A stretch of 64,000 nucleotides of DNA from Promethearchaeota archaeon (lineage in GTDB: Archaea > Asgardarchaeota > Thorarchaeia > Thorarchaeales > Thorarchaeaceae). Positions within the stretch are counted from its first letter, which is position 1, and each line of letters starts with the position of its first letter. The notes beneath the pieces were generated by a model that searched no databases, had not been told where the DNA came from, and saw only the letters and a program-made list of their open reading frames with translations. The DNA lies in the NCBI GenBank assembly GCA_014728035.1, contig WJMJ01000034.1, positions 30,541 through 94,540 of the forward strand, read 5' to 3'. The position numbers and the translations under genes are program-made. Positions 29,901 through 38,340 of this stretch are shown piece after piece.

Positions 29901-32900
29901 GCAGTCGCATTCAAAGTGAAATATGCAGGAGGTGTCGAAAGCACCGCAACTTGAGTAGGTCTTGAAGTAATGGTTACTTCCGTACTGACTGTGGCGTTGG
30001 CATAGAAAGGTTCGATGTCGCTCCAATAAAACCTCACAGATATCTCATGACCAGACTCAAGTGTTGAAGTTAGAATTGTTGATAGAATTGAGATTGTATA
30101 GGTACCAGATGATCCGGTGAATGAGTACTGACTAGGTAAGATTTCCACACTGCCAATATGAGTCAGAATCAAACTGGACTTATTGATATCTATTGGAGAG
30201 TTCAATAGGGAATCAGTTATGGTAATCTGGAAACTTACATTCTCTCCAAATGGCGTATTTAGAGGTGACTTTGACACTATAAGAGATACGATTCTTCTTG
30301 AGACCTCAATGTTCACATCACGACTTCGGGATTGATAGAATGGACTTCCGGTATAGTCCGCGGTTACTGAAATTGTATAGGTACCGAAATTACCAAGAGC
30401 TTCAGTGTCAATACTAATCACGTAATACCCATCACCCTGGTCAACATACCAATAATTATCGTTTAGAACCAGCGTAGCTTCGGAACAGGTTGCTGAAATT
30501 GTAGTTCCAATAATGCCAGTTCCAGTGTTATCATCGGTATAATAAATGGTGATATTCGCAAGACTCAGGTATGGTGTGAGGTCAGGCAGCTCGCTTGTCA
30601 ATTGCGCTCGCCGGTTTGTGATAGTTATGTAAAACAAGTCAGAAGCATCAGTAGCATATCGAGCCCCACCATAGATTGCATCCACAGATACGACGTAAGT
30701 ACCTATGTTCCCAAATCCAGTAGTGTTGAGATGTAATGTGTATGTCCCATCACCATTATCAACGAAATAGTAGTATCCAGATAATGAGCTATTCAATGTT
30801 AGAATAGCATTATTCATTCCTAAAGATGTTCCATCATCTGTATCGGTATAAGTGAATAGAAGAGTCAGATTGTTCTGATATTGTATAGGTGAAAAGGTTC
30901 CATGAGTCAGTTCTGTATATCTTTCTCGAACATTTATCTGAACAGCAATAGAACTCTTATTCTGATAGAATGGAGAGCCCACCCACGTTATATCAATGTG
31001 GAAAGTATAAGTTCCAGGAGTCCAAGAAGAAGTGTCCAATTCTATCTTGAATACTCCCGTAATATCGCCTTCATAGAATATCTGGTAAGTTATTGCTTCT
31101 TGAATTGAGATTATAAGCTTGGTACTATTTCTAATAGAATCATCAGACAGGACATCTTTGTAGACCAAGGTCAGATTCACCAATTCATCATAGGGAGTAA
31201 CTGGTAAAGGATTCCATTCTGCAGTTGTCTGTCTATAGGTAGAGTAGACAGTAATGACAATTGATTGATTCTCATACAGAGGTAACTCACCATTTGTCCA
31301 ATTGAACATGATTCGGAGTTGACAACCAACTAATCCACTCAGTAGCGAGGTATTAAACTCAAAACGATATTCACCAGAATTGTTGAATGGATCTATTTCT
31401 GTGATTGTGAAATCAGACTGGGTTAGAGTTTCACCTGCAGTGAGAACAGTGATATAGATGTGAACATTTCCAGCGTAAGCTCCGGTTGAATTGACAATTC
31501 CAGTTGCGTTTGCAGTGTCATAATATATTATTGAGAATGAAAGGTCTTCTAGATATGGAGTCATGATAGGACTATCACCGATGAAGATATCTGTAGGAGT
31601 ACTGGTGATAGTTACAGAGGTCTCAATAACCAAATCTTCATACTTTTCAGTGATTCCAGTCCAGAATATTTCAATTGTAAGATTTCGTTCTCCAATTGCA
31701 CCCCATTGATCTGCAGGAACGAGAATGATATATTCGCCTGGATTTGACCCGTTAACAACTGAAAATGTGATTGGACTTCCATCACTAGTCACATTTATCA
31801 AGACTGCAAAATCATTCAATGTTCCATTTGTAATTCCAGCATCCACATCTGAATCATAATACAGCACGGTTGCTTCAACATTTGCGGTATATGGCGTTGG
31901 ATCGATTGGATTGACAAGTTCAAAGGAAGTAAGATGCGTCCGTAATTCAACTGTAATACTGAAGGTATGATTTTGTGAACCGTATCGTTCTATATCGAAT
32001 ATAACAGTAAAGCTGCCAAGTGGGTCATCATTAAACGAAATTAGCTCGATAGTATATTCTCCTGGGGAGGTTTCAGTTACAGTGTAGTTCGTATCTCCCA
32101 AACTATGAAATTCAGTCCAATTGCAGGATATCTCACTCTCAGCAAATTGAATTGGTTCATTTGCATCTGTATCGGTATAAGTCACCGTAAGAGTTCCAGT
32201 GTAACCTACAGGAATAGAAACGAAACTAGTTGACCTAATTACTGAAGTATGAACATCCCTGACTTGCACGGAAAGAAATATTGTTCGCGATTCACAGTAA
32301 TCATTTGATGCAGTTATGTTCAAATCATATAATCCAAGAGATACTCCACTTGTGTTGAAACTAATTTTGTAATACCCTGGTTGTCCAATGACAGGATCAA
32401 CGTTATAGCTGCTGTATGTCCAGTTTGTGACAATGGAAGCACCAGTAATTGGCTGTCCAAGCTGGTCTTCATAGTAAACCTCCATTTCAGCAACATATCC
32501 ACTTGGAATATTGATACCAGGTGCATCGTTCGAGAAGAACTCAGTCGTATAGATTACATTTAAGATGAATACCTCATTTACTGAATCGTAGTTATCCTTA
32601 GACCAATCTAGCTGAATTGGATATTGTCCATTTCCAGAGAGAAGAGTTGTGTCAAGTGAAACACTGTATTCTCCAGTTCCCATATTACTAACAATTCCCG
32701 TACCTGCAGCCCAATCATAAGTCATGAATCCATCAGCGACTAACGTATCTGCATCTGTATCATTTATCTGCAACTGCAATAACACAACATCACCATAAGT
32801 GACGTCCTTGCTCCAAGATGTTTCTGAACCAATTGGATATTTAACAAGCATCTCTGTACTATGGTCGATTTCAAAAGACCGTCTGAAGAATCCTATATTA

Positions 32901-35584
32901 TGAATTTCATTAGAGCTACTGATACCATCATTGACAACTGCTTGAACCTCCCAATTTCCAACTGACGCATTATTCGCTTCGAGATAGACATAATCAGTTA
33001 TAGCATAACCAGATGATACTGTAGCTGATAGAGAGTACCACAAACTATCTGAGGAGTCATACACATCAAATGTTACTAAATCACCCTCGTAAGTACTAGG
33101 AACAGATGCTCTGAAACGTGTTGGTTCGTTTGCTCGAAATGTTCTCGTAGTAGTCCACTGGGACTGAGTAGAATCCCAGACTTCCAAATTTGTTATCATA
33201 TTTGGCGAATTACCTTTCAGTAACCAGAAACCATTCTGATATGTTGTAGTTATATCAAAAACTGAAACATTTACTACTCCATCACCTGGTTGTCCTTGAT
33301 TCCATCCACTGCTGAGATTGGTAGCTCTATCAAATGGCTCTGCGACAAAGGTAATGTCTCTGTTCAGAGGTGTTGATATATTGAAGGAATATTCAGGTTC
33401 ATACCCATCTGGAACTGCAGCATAGTAGTTTGTAGTCCACTTTACGTTAGAAGCATTAGTAACAGAGTAACGTTCTCCTGAATTGAATAATGTGTCATAA
33501 ACAGTTGTACCACCGTGTTTCTTGGCAAAAGCTTTGACATCTACGTCAAACTCGATACTGATATCTCTATCAGGATCAGGTGTTGCAGGAATCGGCGTCC
33601 AAGTAAAATTAGCGAAAGCAGTATCCATCCATGTTGGACTAGCAGTGTAAGTAGCAAACCCAGTTCCGAAAACTGAAGGTCCACCAGTATCACTCACCGT
33701 ATTTCCATTCATTTCCATATTGATCTGAGAGGGTTTGACTTTCGCTTTTACATACACATGAATGTTATCAAATCGTACTTCAGGTCGGATATCATTATTC
33801 CTATACCATTCCTTCTGAGTCACTCTTAATCCAAGTGTTAAGTCCAAGTCATTGGGATTTACTGCAGTAGTACTTGCTTCAACAAGTCCGGTTGAATACC
33901 AAGTATTTGTTGCTAATGTAGGATCTTCGAGGCTTCTCCTCCAAAGGTAGTTTCCACCACTATCAGGGTCACCATCTGCTACGTACATCTCAAAGAATCC
34001 GCCCATTATACCCCAACCGCGTAGGTCAGCCCAATGATCAACTGAAACACCAATCCAAGTTACATCACCCCGATTGATGTTCAGATTCTGGGAGGCAAAC
34101 GTCTTATCGTCCAAATTGTACCAATATCCATAAGTAGAATCTGGGTCGTCATACCAATATCCATCCATAATCAGACTTAAAGCAGGATTTCCAGTTCCAT
34201 GTCCGTCAGATTCCCAACGAGCATTAAGTTTCATATGGCCACCACTCTCAAGAGTGTAGACATATCCCGTTGAATTGATTGCTACTCCATAATTGAAGAG
34301 AAATTGACCATTTCCGGAACCACGGCTACCCCAGTTATATTGATGTGTATCAATACCAGAATCGTAAACAAGAATTCTGTGATCACCAGAATCACATATG
34401 AATACATCACCAGAACCATCCACAGCTAATCCACGTGGGTCTCGTGTAGTGTCTGTATTAATCGCATAATTTCGACGATGCTGTGTGACTTGGTCAATAT
34501 AGGCTCCTGCAGACGAGAATTGAGATATTCCATAGTTATTGTTATAGTACATAGTAGCATCTGAAACGTAGACATCACCAGTGGCTTGGTTAATCGCAAT
34601 TCCACTTGGACAGATGAAATTTCCACCACCTGTGCCATATCCTCCAAATTGTGCGGAATAAGTACCTACTGAATCAAAGATCTGTACTCTGAAGTTACCT
34701 TGATCAACAACATACACTCCATTAGAAGATATTGCAATTCCAACAGGACCAAAAAATTCACCATTTCCGTTTCCATCCTGTCCAAATTCTGATACGTAGG
34801 TACCATCGCTGGTGAAAATCTGAATACGATTATTCCCATTATCTGCAACATATACATAACCTGTTGAGTTGATTGCAATACCCATTGGGTTGTCAAACTC
34901 TCCAGAAGCAGAGCCAAATGTTCCCCATTGTCCCTCATAATTACCCGCAGAGTCAAAATACTGAATTCTATTATTACCTGTATCTGCCACATAGATATAA
35001 TCAGAACCATTGATAGCAATTCCATATGGGTCAATGAATTGTCCATTTCCAGTACCATATGATCCCCATTGGGTCGCGTAAGTGCCAGTATTTGAAAAGA
35101 CTTGAATTCTGTTATTGCCTGAGAAACCTGTAGTTGCATGACTAGTACTGAAAGTCCATTGAGATGTGTCATCAAATCCGCTGTTTACGACCCAGGTTCT
35201 ATTCTCTGTTAATTCGGTTACAGTTGTAGTTACTTGATATGATTCCCATCCATCACCGATTGGTACCGTCAAATCCGTGCCTGTTGTTGTACCACCAGAT
35301 GAATCATATAGCATTGAAGATTCACTATACGTATCAACACGAGTGCCATATTCTGAACCATTCAACGCATAACCGATTCCATTCACTGAAGTAGGAGACG
35401 CTGAAAGATCATAACGATATAACACCTCATCGGGTCCAATTTCGATAATACTTCCATCATCTAATTCATAGAATTCGTTTTGTGAAGCCTCTTCTCCTGT
35501 GGGTGAAAACAATCCCATCATGGAAGACATAGTTAGCACTAATATGAGTGCCAGCAACTTGATAGATGTTCTTCTACTAGGCAC
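26921..35584 (-). CDS. Giant (2887 aa) single-pass cell-surface protein, paralog of 19032..26921, with NHL beta-propeller
   Basis: GTG start, signal peptide, 6 NHL blades (F-x-x-P-x-GIAI...YVAD-x-GN-x-RIQ-x-F), same repeats and tail as the paralog; TAATG stop/start overlap at 26921. Confidence 0.9.
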   Translation of the reverse strand: MPSRRTSIKLLALILVLTMSSMMGLFSPTGEEASQNEFYELDDGSIIEIGPDEVLYRYDLSASPTSVNGIGYALNGSEYGTRVDTYSESSMLYDSSGGTTTGTDLTVPIGDGWESYQVTTTVTELTENRTWVVNSGFDDTSQWTFSTSHATTGFSGNNRIQVFSNTGTYATQWGSYGTGNGQFIDPYGIAINGSDYIYVADTGNNRIQYFDSAGNYEGQWGTFGSASGEFDNPMGIAINSTGYVYVADNGNNRIQIFTSDGTYVSEFGQDGNGNGEFFGPVGIAISSNGVYVVDQGNFRVQIFDSVGTYSAQFGGYGTGGGNFICPSGIAINQATGDVYVSDATMYYNNNYGISQFSSAGAYIDQVTQHRRNYAINTDTTRDPRGLAVDGSGDVFICDSGDHRILVYDSGIDTHQYNWGSRGSGNGQFLFNYGVAINSTGYVYTLESGGHMKLNARWESDGHGTGNPALSLIMDGYWYDDPDSTYGYWYNLDDKTFASQNLNINRGDVTWIGVSVDHWADLRGWGIMGGFFEMYVADGDPDSGGNYLWRRSLEDPTLATNTWYSTGLVEASTTAVNPNDLDLTLGLRVTQKEWYRNNDIRPEVRFDNIHVYVKAKVKPSQINMEMNGNTVSDTGGPSVFGTGFATYTASPTWMDTAFANFTWTPIPATPDPDRDISIEFDVDVKAFAKKHGGTTVYDTLFNSGERYSVTNASNVKWTTNYYAAVPDGYEPEYSFNISTPLNRDITFVAEPFDRATNLSSGWNQGQPGDGVVNVSVFDITTTYQNGFWLLKGNSPNMITNLEVWDSTQSQWTTTRTFRANEPTRFRASVPSTYEGDLVTFDVYDSSDSLWYSLSATVSSGYAITDYVYLEANNASVGNWEVQAVVNDGISSSNEIHNIGFFRRSFEIDHSTEMLVKYPIGSETSWSKDVTYGDVVLLQLQINDTDADTLVADGFMTYDWAAGTGIVSNMGTGEYSVSLDTTLLSGNGQYPIQLDWSKDNYDSVNEVFILNVIYTTEFFSNDAPGINIPSGYVAEMEVYYEDQLGQPITGASIVTNWTYSSYNVDPVIGQPGYYKISFNTSGVSLGLYDLNITASNDYCESRTIFLSVQVRDVHTSVIRSTSFVSIPVGYTGTLTVTYTDTDANEPIQFAESEISCNWTEFHSLGDTNYTVTETSPGEYTIELISFNDDPLGSFTVIFDIERYGSQNHTFSITVELRTHLTSFELVNPIDPTPYTANVEATVLYYDSDVDAGITNGTLNDFAVLINVTSDGSPITFSVVNGSNPGEYIILVPADQWGAIGERNLTIEIFWTGITEKYEDLVIETSVTITSTPTDIFIGDSPIMTPYLEDLSFSIIYYDTANATGIVNSTGAYAGNVHIYITVLTAGETLTQSDFTITEIDPFNNSGEYRFEFNTSLLSGLVGCQLRIMFNWTNGELPLYENQSIVITVYSTYRQTTAEWNPLPVTPYDELVNLTLVYKDVLSDDSIRNSTKLIISIQEAITYQIFYEGDITGVFKIELDTSSWTPGTYTFHIDITWVGSPFYQNKSSIAVQINVRERYTELTHGTFSPIQYQNNLTLLFTYTDTDDGTSLGMNNAILTLNSSLSGYYYFVDNGDGTYTLHLNTTGFGNIGTYVVSVDAIYGGARYATDASDLFYITITNRRAQLTSELPDLTPYLSLANITIYYTDDNTGTGIIGTTISATCSEATLVLNDNYWYVDQGDGYYVISIDTEALGNFGTYTISVTADYTGSPFYQSRSRDVNIEVSRRIVSLIVSKSPLNTPFGENVSFQITITDSLLNSPIDINKSSLILTHIGSVEILPSQYSFTGSSGTYTISILSTILTSTLESGHEISVRFYWSDIEPFYANATVSTEVTITSRPTQVAVLSTPPAYFTLNATATVSYSDYIDGIGIENASVSISCSNITPIQYWIINNFDGTYGVKINTTKLLTLGRFIFYANFSWTGTPYYQNKTLLRFTIIVNPVSTTLSFAVSDESTNYLGDIIIGNLTFINQISGDGIEAADIQSNWNSLYGTSITIIELGDGIYNITIETTGLDAEIYSFSLTAEKYLHVNRTILADIILAPVPVLMDIDATPTEPIWGESMEFSVNLTDARDGSAIINASVNMTISGQYYDLIEVAPGIYNRTLLSSSFNAGEYSITFSSSLLNHESRQRDFQIKIAKVSTSINADLDSYVTVNGQTVTVEVEYVIQSDSSPISSGIVTYTWTGGAGQIFWNAIESKYVGQFTISGVTVGSHQVQVSASSTNYKTVTTQLTIEVSEASTELSVLNDISVLPAVYGDEVNVTVYLNNTDLNLPVLNSTLTYSVGTIVGNMTELGNGWYSAMVPTSSIAISEWILTVSSSQSGYQPASIEVTLDVTPIPTKIEIIGPALLTVFHGENATFTLYYNNTHSNIGIDNATTNFVFEGFSGLLVNEGGGNYSLTLNSSIVIAGSSARRISITMRKDNHAYAFTNVKLIVKPISTTIDGPEEITYPVGDDYSVSFDYLDSLHDELISGATASAIWEFGNAILEDLGNGTYVFSPSATGIDRLEIKDEPYRVRISISKLNYSQTEIILNLVIREIATELTYEPLPPSVFAGNILFVRVTYYDLDHATAIPNANNATTNPGLTRILDREIDYGNGTYVFAFIPPGVATYELTVTMSLNDYESQTVNIVIFSEIPPEQQALVTGFRNIAIAVIGFAILAAVYIRVLSVPKQVRKIQKMINTISKGGIPEPYDTSDRREMLLSMMNQDLVPVGIIKTSDDISRSTIQVEILDVEELLHELATVVGLTEDDIQTLRINLEAMRPSERAGFISEVIRQERSRRAKELAEETAAESADEDVEQKLTDAELDDLREKLRKMGISESEVEIMIEQAKELSKAEVEALIDQIGGMD
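34240..35116 (-). repeat. Six NHL repeats within the 2887-aa gene
   Basis: Repeated NNRIQ-x-F...G-x-F-x-x-P-x-GIAIN...YV-x-D units of ~47 aa. Confidence 0.85.
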
Positions 35585-35716
35585 GGCGATTACTCTCCGA
35601 GAGTACTGAATTCAGAGACAGTATTATCCTGATATTCTAGTAAAACTCTCCTCGTAATTTGAGGAGAATATCAAGTATTAAAACTAATCTGTTAGTTATC
35701 GTTCCATAAATAATAA

Positions 35717-35745
35717 ATTATGCCGATATATCGAATCGGCATAAT
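35717..35745 (-). terminator. Hairpin directly after the metalloprotease gene
   Basis: ATTATGCCGAT-atatcga-ATCGGCATAAT, perfect 11-bp stem 5 nt past the stop. Confidence 0.55.
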
Positions 35746-35750
35746 ATTCT

Positions 35751-37928
35751 CTATTTCCTTTTTATAATGAAAGCTACAACTATAACCAAACCAATTCCAC
35801 TTAGTGAAATCAGTATCACCTGGAGCATGAGAGGATTAGTAGGATTTGGAATAGTGGGATCTGGAAGAATAGGATCTCCATATAGTATTCGCCAATCGAG
35901 AGCGACCGGATTCATACCCCAATCATGAGCTACTACTTGAATTGCCATTGATTCAGAGTTGGGATATGCTGGTATATGTGCTGAGTATTCATCATCATCA
36001 AGTTCACATAGAACATAACTCAATTCATTATCAATTGACAGAATTAGTGTAACGTTCTCTATTCCGGAATCGGGGTCTTCTACTTCAATCCAAACATCAA
36101 ATTCTTCGTGGTCAATTGTAAGAGGATCAGTGCCCCAATTGGATATAATCGGTTGAGCATTATCAATCCTCGAATATCTCAAACGTTTCACCCAATCCTG
36201 TGCATCTGAAAGTGCTTCAAAACAGCCAATCCAAACCATCTGATTATATAATTGTACAGCTAGATTGATAGCAGCCTCTGCTTCATCACGAGCTTTCAAT
36301 ACTTTTGGTAAATCATCGGCAAGTATACCTTCGGAATAATCTTCGTAATCTTCCACAATCCTGCCCTGCATCTGATCCAAGTAAGTGCTCTGAACCCAAT
36401 TCTGGTCGAAAGTAGCTGTGCCATTATGCATGGAAAAATATCCCATAGGACTAAAGCTGAAATCTCCAACATAATGATAAGTATTCCATGTATGACCAAT
36501 ACCTACAGCATGCATGGTTTCATGAAGCTGGATAGACGAGATGCCACTTTTAGGAGTAACACCATCCTCTTGATAATAGCGCTCCCATGACTTCCAAATG
36601 ACTGTTTGACCACCTCCACCAAGTCCAGTAAACGTTCTACCTCCAGCATACATCTCCATCATTTTCTTGATGAATACAACACCAAATACCTCTACACGGT
36701 CTGTTAGGTCGGTAATATAGTTATCACGCAGTATTTCACGGATGGCATAGAACTGACTATATCCATCTACCTGTGTTACACCGTCGACAACCTCAGCATA
36801 GCTCCAAAATACGGTTTCCCAATCTGCCTGTTCTTCGATATTCAAGAAATCAATTTCTACAGTCCAATCAATAAATGGTAATAACTCAGCGAGATGTGCT
36901 TTCTGTATTTCAGCATCTGTGACCCACTGAAGACTTTCAATACTCACCCCTGAACTAACATCCATTCCGAAAACCAGTCCTCGCAGAAGACCTGATGTTG
37001 CTCTAACAGTTGGTTGATGTTCGTGAGCAAACATCAGATAGCTTATTGGGTCATACATGTAATCGCCAAGATAGGTTGAGAGTGCGTCCTTTCCTCCAGT
37101 TGTACTAAGATCCAGTTCTGAAACCTTGTCTTCCAAGTCTTTAGTACAATGTTCAAAATCATTAGGATATGGAGCTTCACCCCACCAAATCCTTGCCCAT
37201 CTGAGATACCATTGGTCAGCTGAAGGGTCAAGAACATAGATATTCCCTCTTCCTCCAATTCCTGCAAACTGAAACTTCACATCTTTGTTCAATTCATTAT
37301 CCCATTCAAGCCGGAACCAAGATTGATTCAAACCAGTGTCCGGATCAATGGGATGATAATCAAACCAATGTTCTAGTTCATGGTCGGGGGAATCATATTC
37401 TGAGAAGTTGAGAAGATAAAAGACATAACCGAGATCAGGAGGAGTAACTGCGGGATTCTCAATCAGCCAGTCTTCAACTGCATAGCCATCAATTGCTCTA
37501 CCATCACGAGAATTGAATATTTTTTGTGGCTCATCCAGATGTGCCTTCTGATACTCCAACGCTGTTTCATCCAGTTTAGAACCAGTATCAGTTCCATTCA
37601 CTGAATTACTATCCATTACATCTTGCAAACTACTCTCCCAAGAAGGGGATGCTGTTGATATTTCGTACGCAATATTATATTCCACCGCAACCTCTGTTGT
37701 TGTATATAATCTCGCTTGAGGAAAATCAGAGGTCAGGACGTTTTCATTTATTACGCCGTCATCATAATTTACCAGAACAATTTTGACTGTCCAATCTCTA
37801 GTAATTGTTGGTGTCGCGCTAAGTTTTTTTGTATCAATATCGGTGTGTGACATAGGTGTATATGTAGAAACTATCGGAAAACCTGATATCGCAAACAAGA
37901 TAATGAGTAGACCTGCTATTATCCTCAT
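35751..37928 (-). CDS. Secreted, C-terminally anchored metzincin zinc metalloprotease
   Basis: HETMHAVGIGH (HExxHxxGxxH) plus Met-turn FSPMGY; signal peptide from MRIIAGLLIIL (37928); Ig-like domain, Pro-rich linker, C-terminal TM and KRK. Confidence 0.85.
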   Translation of the reverse strand: MRIIAGLLIILFAISGFPIVSTYTPMSHTDIDTKKLSATPTITRDWTVKIVLVNYDDGVINENVLTSDFPQARLYTTTEVAVEYNIAYEISTASPSWESSLQDVMDSNSVNGTDTGSKLDETALEYQKAHLDEPQKIFNSRDGRAIDGYAVEDWLIENPAVTPPDLGYVFYLLNFSEYDSPDHELEHWFDYHPIDPDTGLNQSWFRLEWDNELNKDVKFQFAGIGGRGNIYVLDPSADQWYLRWARIWWGEAPYPNDFEHCTKDLEDKVSELDLSTTGGKDALSTYLGDYMYDPISYLMFAHEHQPTVRATSGLLRGLVFGMDVSSGVSIESLQWVTDAEIQKAHLAELLPFIDWTVEIDFLNIEEQADWETVFWSYAEVVDGVTQVDGYSQFYAIREILRDNYITDLTDRVEVFGVVFIKKMMEMYAGGRTFTGLGGGGQTVIWKSWERYYQEDGVTPKSGISSIQLHETMHAVGIGHTWNTYHYVGDFSFSPMGYFSMHNGTATFDQNWVQSTYLDQMQGRIVEDYEDYSEGILADDLPKVLKARDEAEAAINLAVQLYNQMVWIGCFEALSDAQDWVKRLRYSRIDNAQPIISNWGTDPLTIDHEEFDVWIEVEDPDSGIENVTLILSIDNELSYVLCELDDDEYSAHIPAYPNSESMAIQVVAHDWGMNPVALDWRILYGDPILPDPTIPNPTNPLMLQVILISLSGIGLVIVVAFIIKRK

Positions 37929-38340
37929 GTAGTAAAAATTGATTTTGAACTTTTTAAAAGTCACCAATCAAGCAGTATTTCACCTCACATTTATAATTCA
38001 CAATCACCAAATATATTAGCAGTGAATATATCATATTCGTTAGCGCATCAGTAAGACTAGTTAAACTCCTTCGACTAGGAACGAAAGTTCCCACATACTT
38101 GATTTCAAAGATGATCTAAGTCTACTGATACCACCTTTTGTATAACCGCGAGTAGCTTTACCACCACTACATTAATGATTGTGCATCTTGCTCTAGTACG
38201 ATTTGAATTGATAATGCAGAATATCTTGGAATATGAGGTGGATAAAATTCGAATGTTATATTCAGAAAAGGAACAACAAAGCTTTATCATTCAATATAAC
38301 GAAACGATAATTGATGTGACTCCAGAGGTGCTGGTTTAGT

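Noticed and set aside
34666-35175. 169-aa alternative-frame ORF with repeated MELL/MVL motifs
   Set aside because: Shadow of the NHL repeats in another frame of the same strand
19032-35584. Diversity-generating retroelement or RHS/teneurin-type toxin acting on the giant genes
   Set aside because: No reverse transcriptase, no near-identical TR/VR pair seen, and no YD/RHS core or C-terminal toxin domain
38175-38339. 54-codon + strand ORF (MIVHLALVRF...PEVLV) ending 1 nt before the NTPase start, and the overlapping 61-aa minus ORF 38105..38290
   Set aside because: No recognisable motif, and it spans the likely promoter (AAAGCTTTATC) and RBS of the NTPase; cannot be supported as a third gene without homologs
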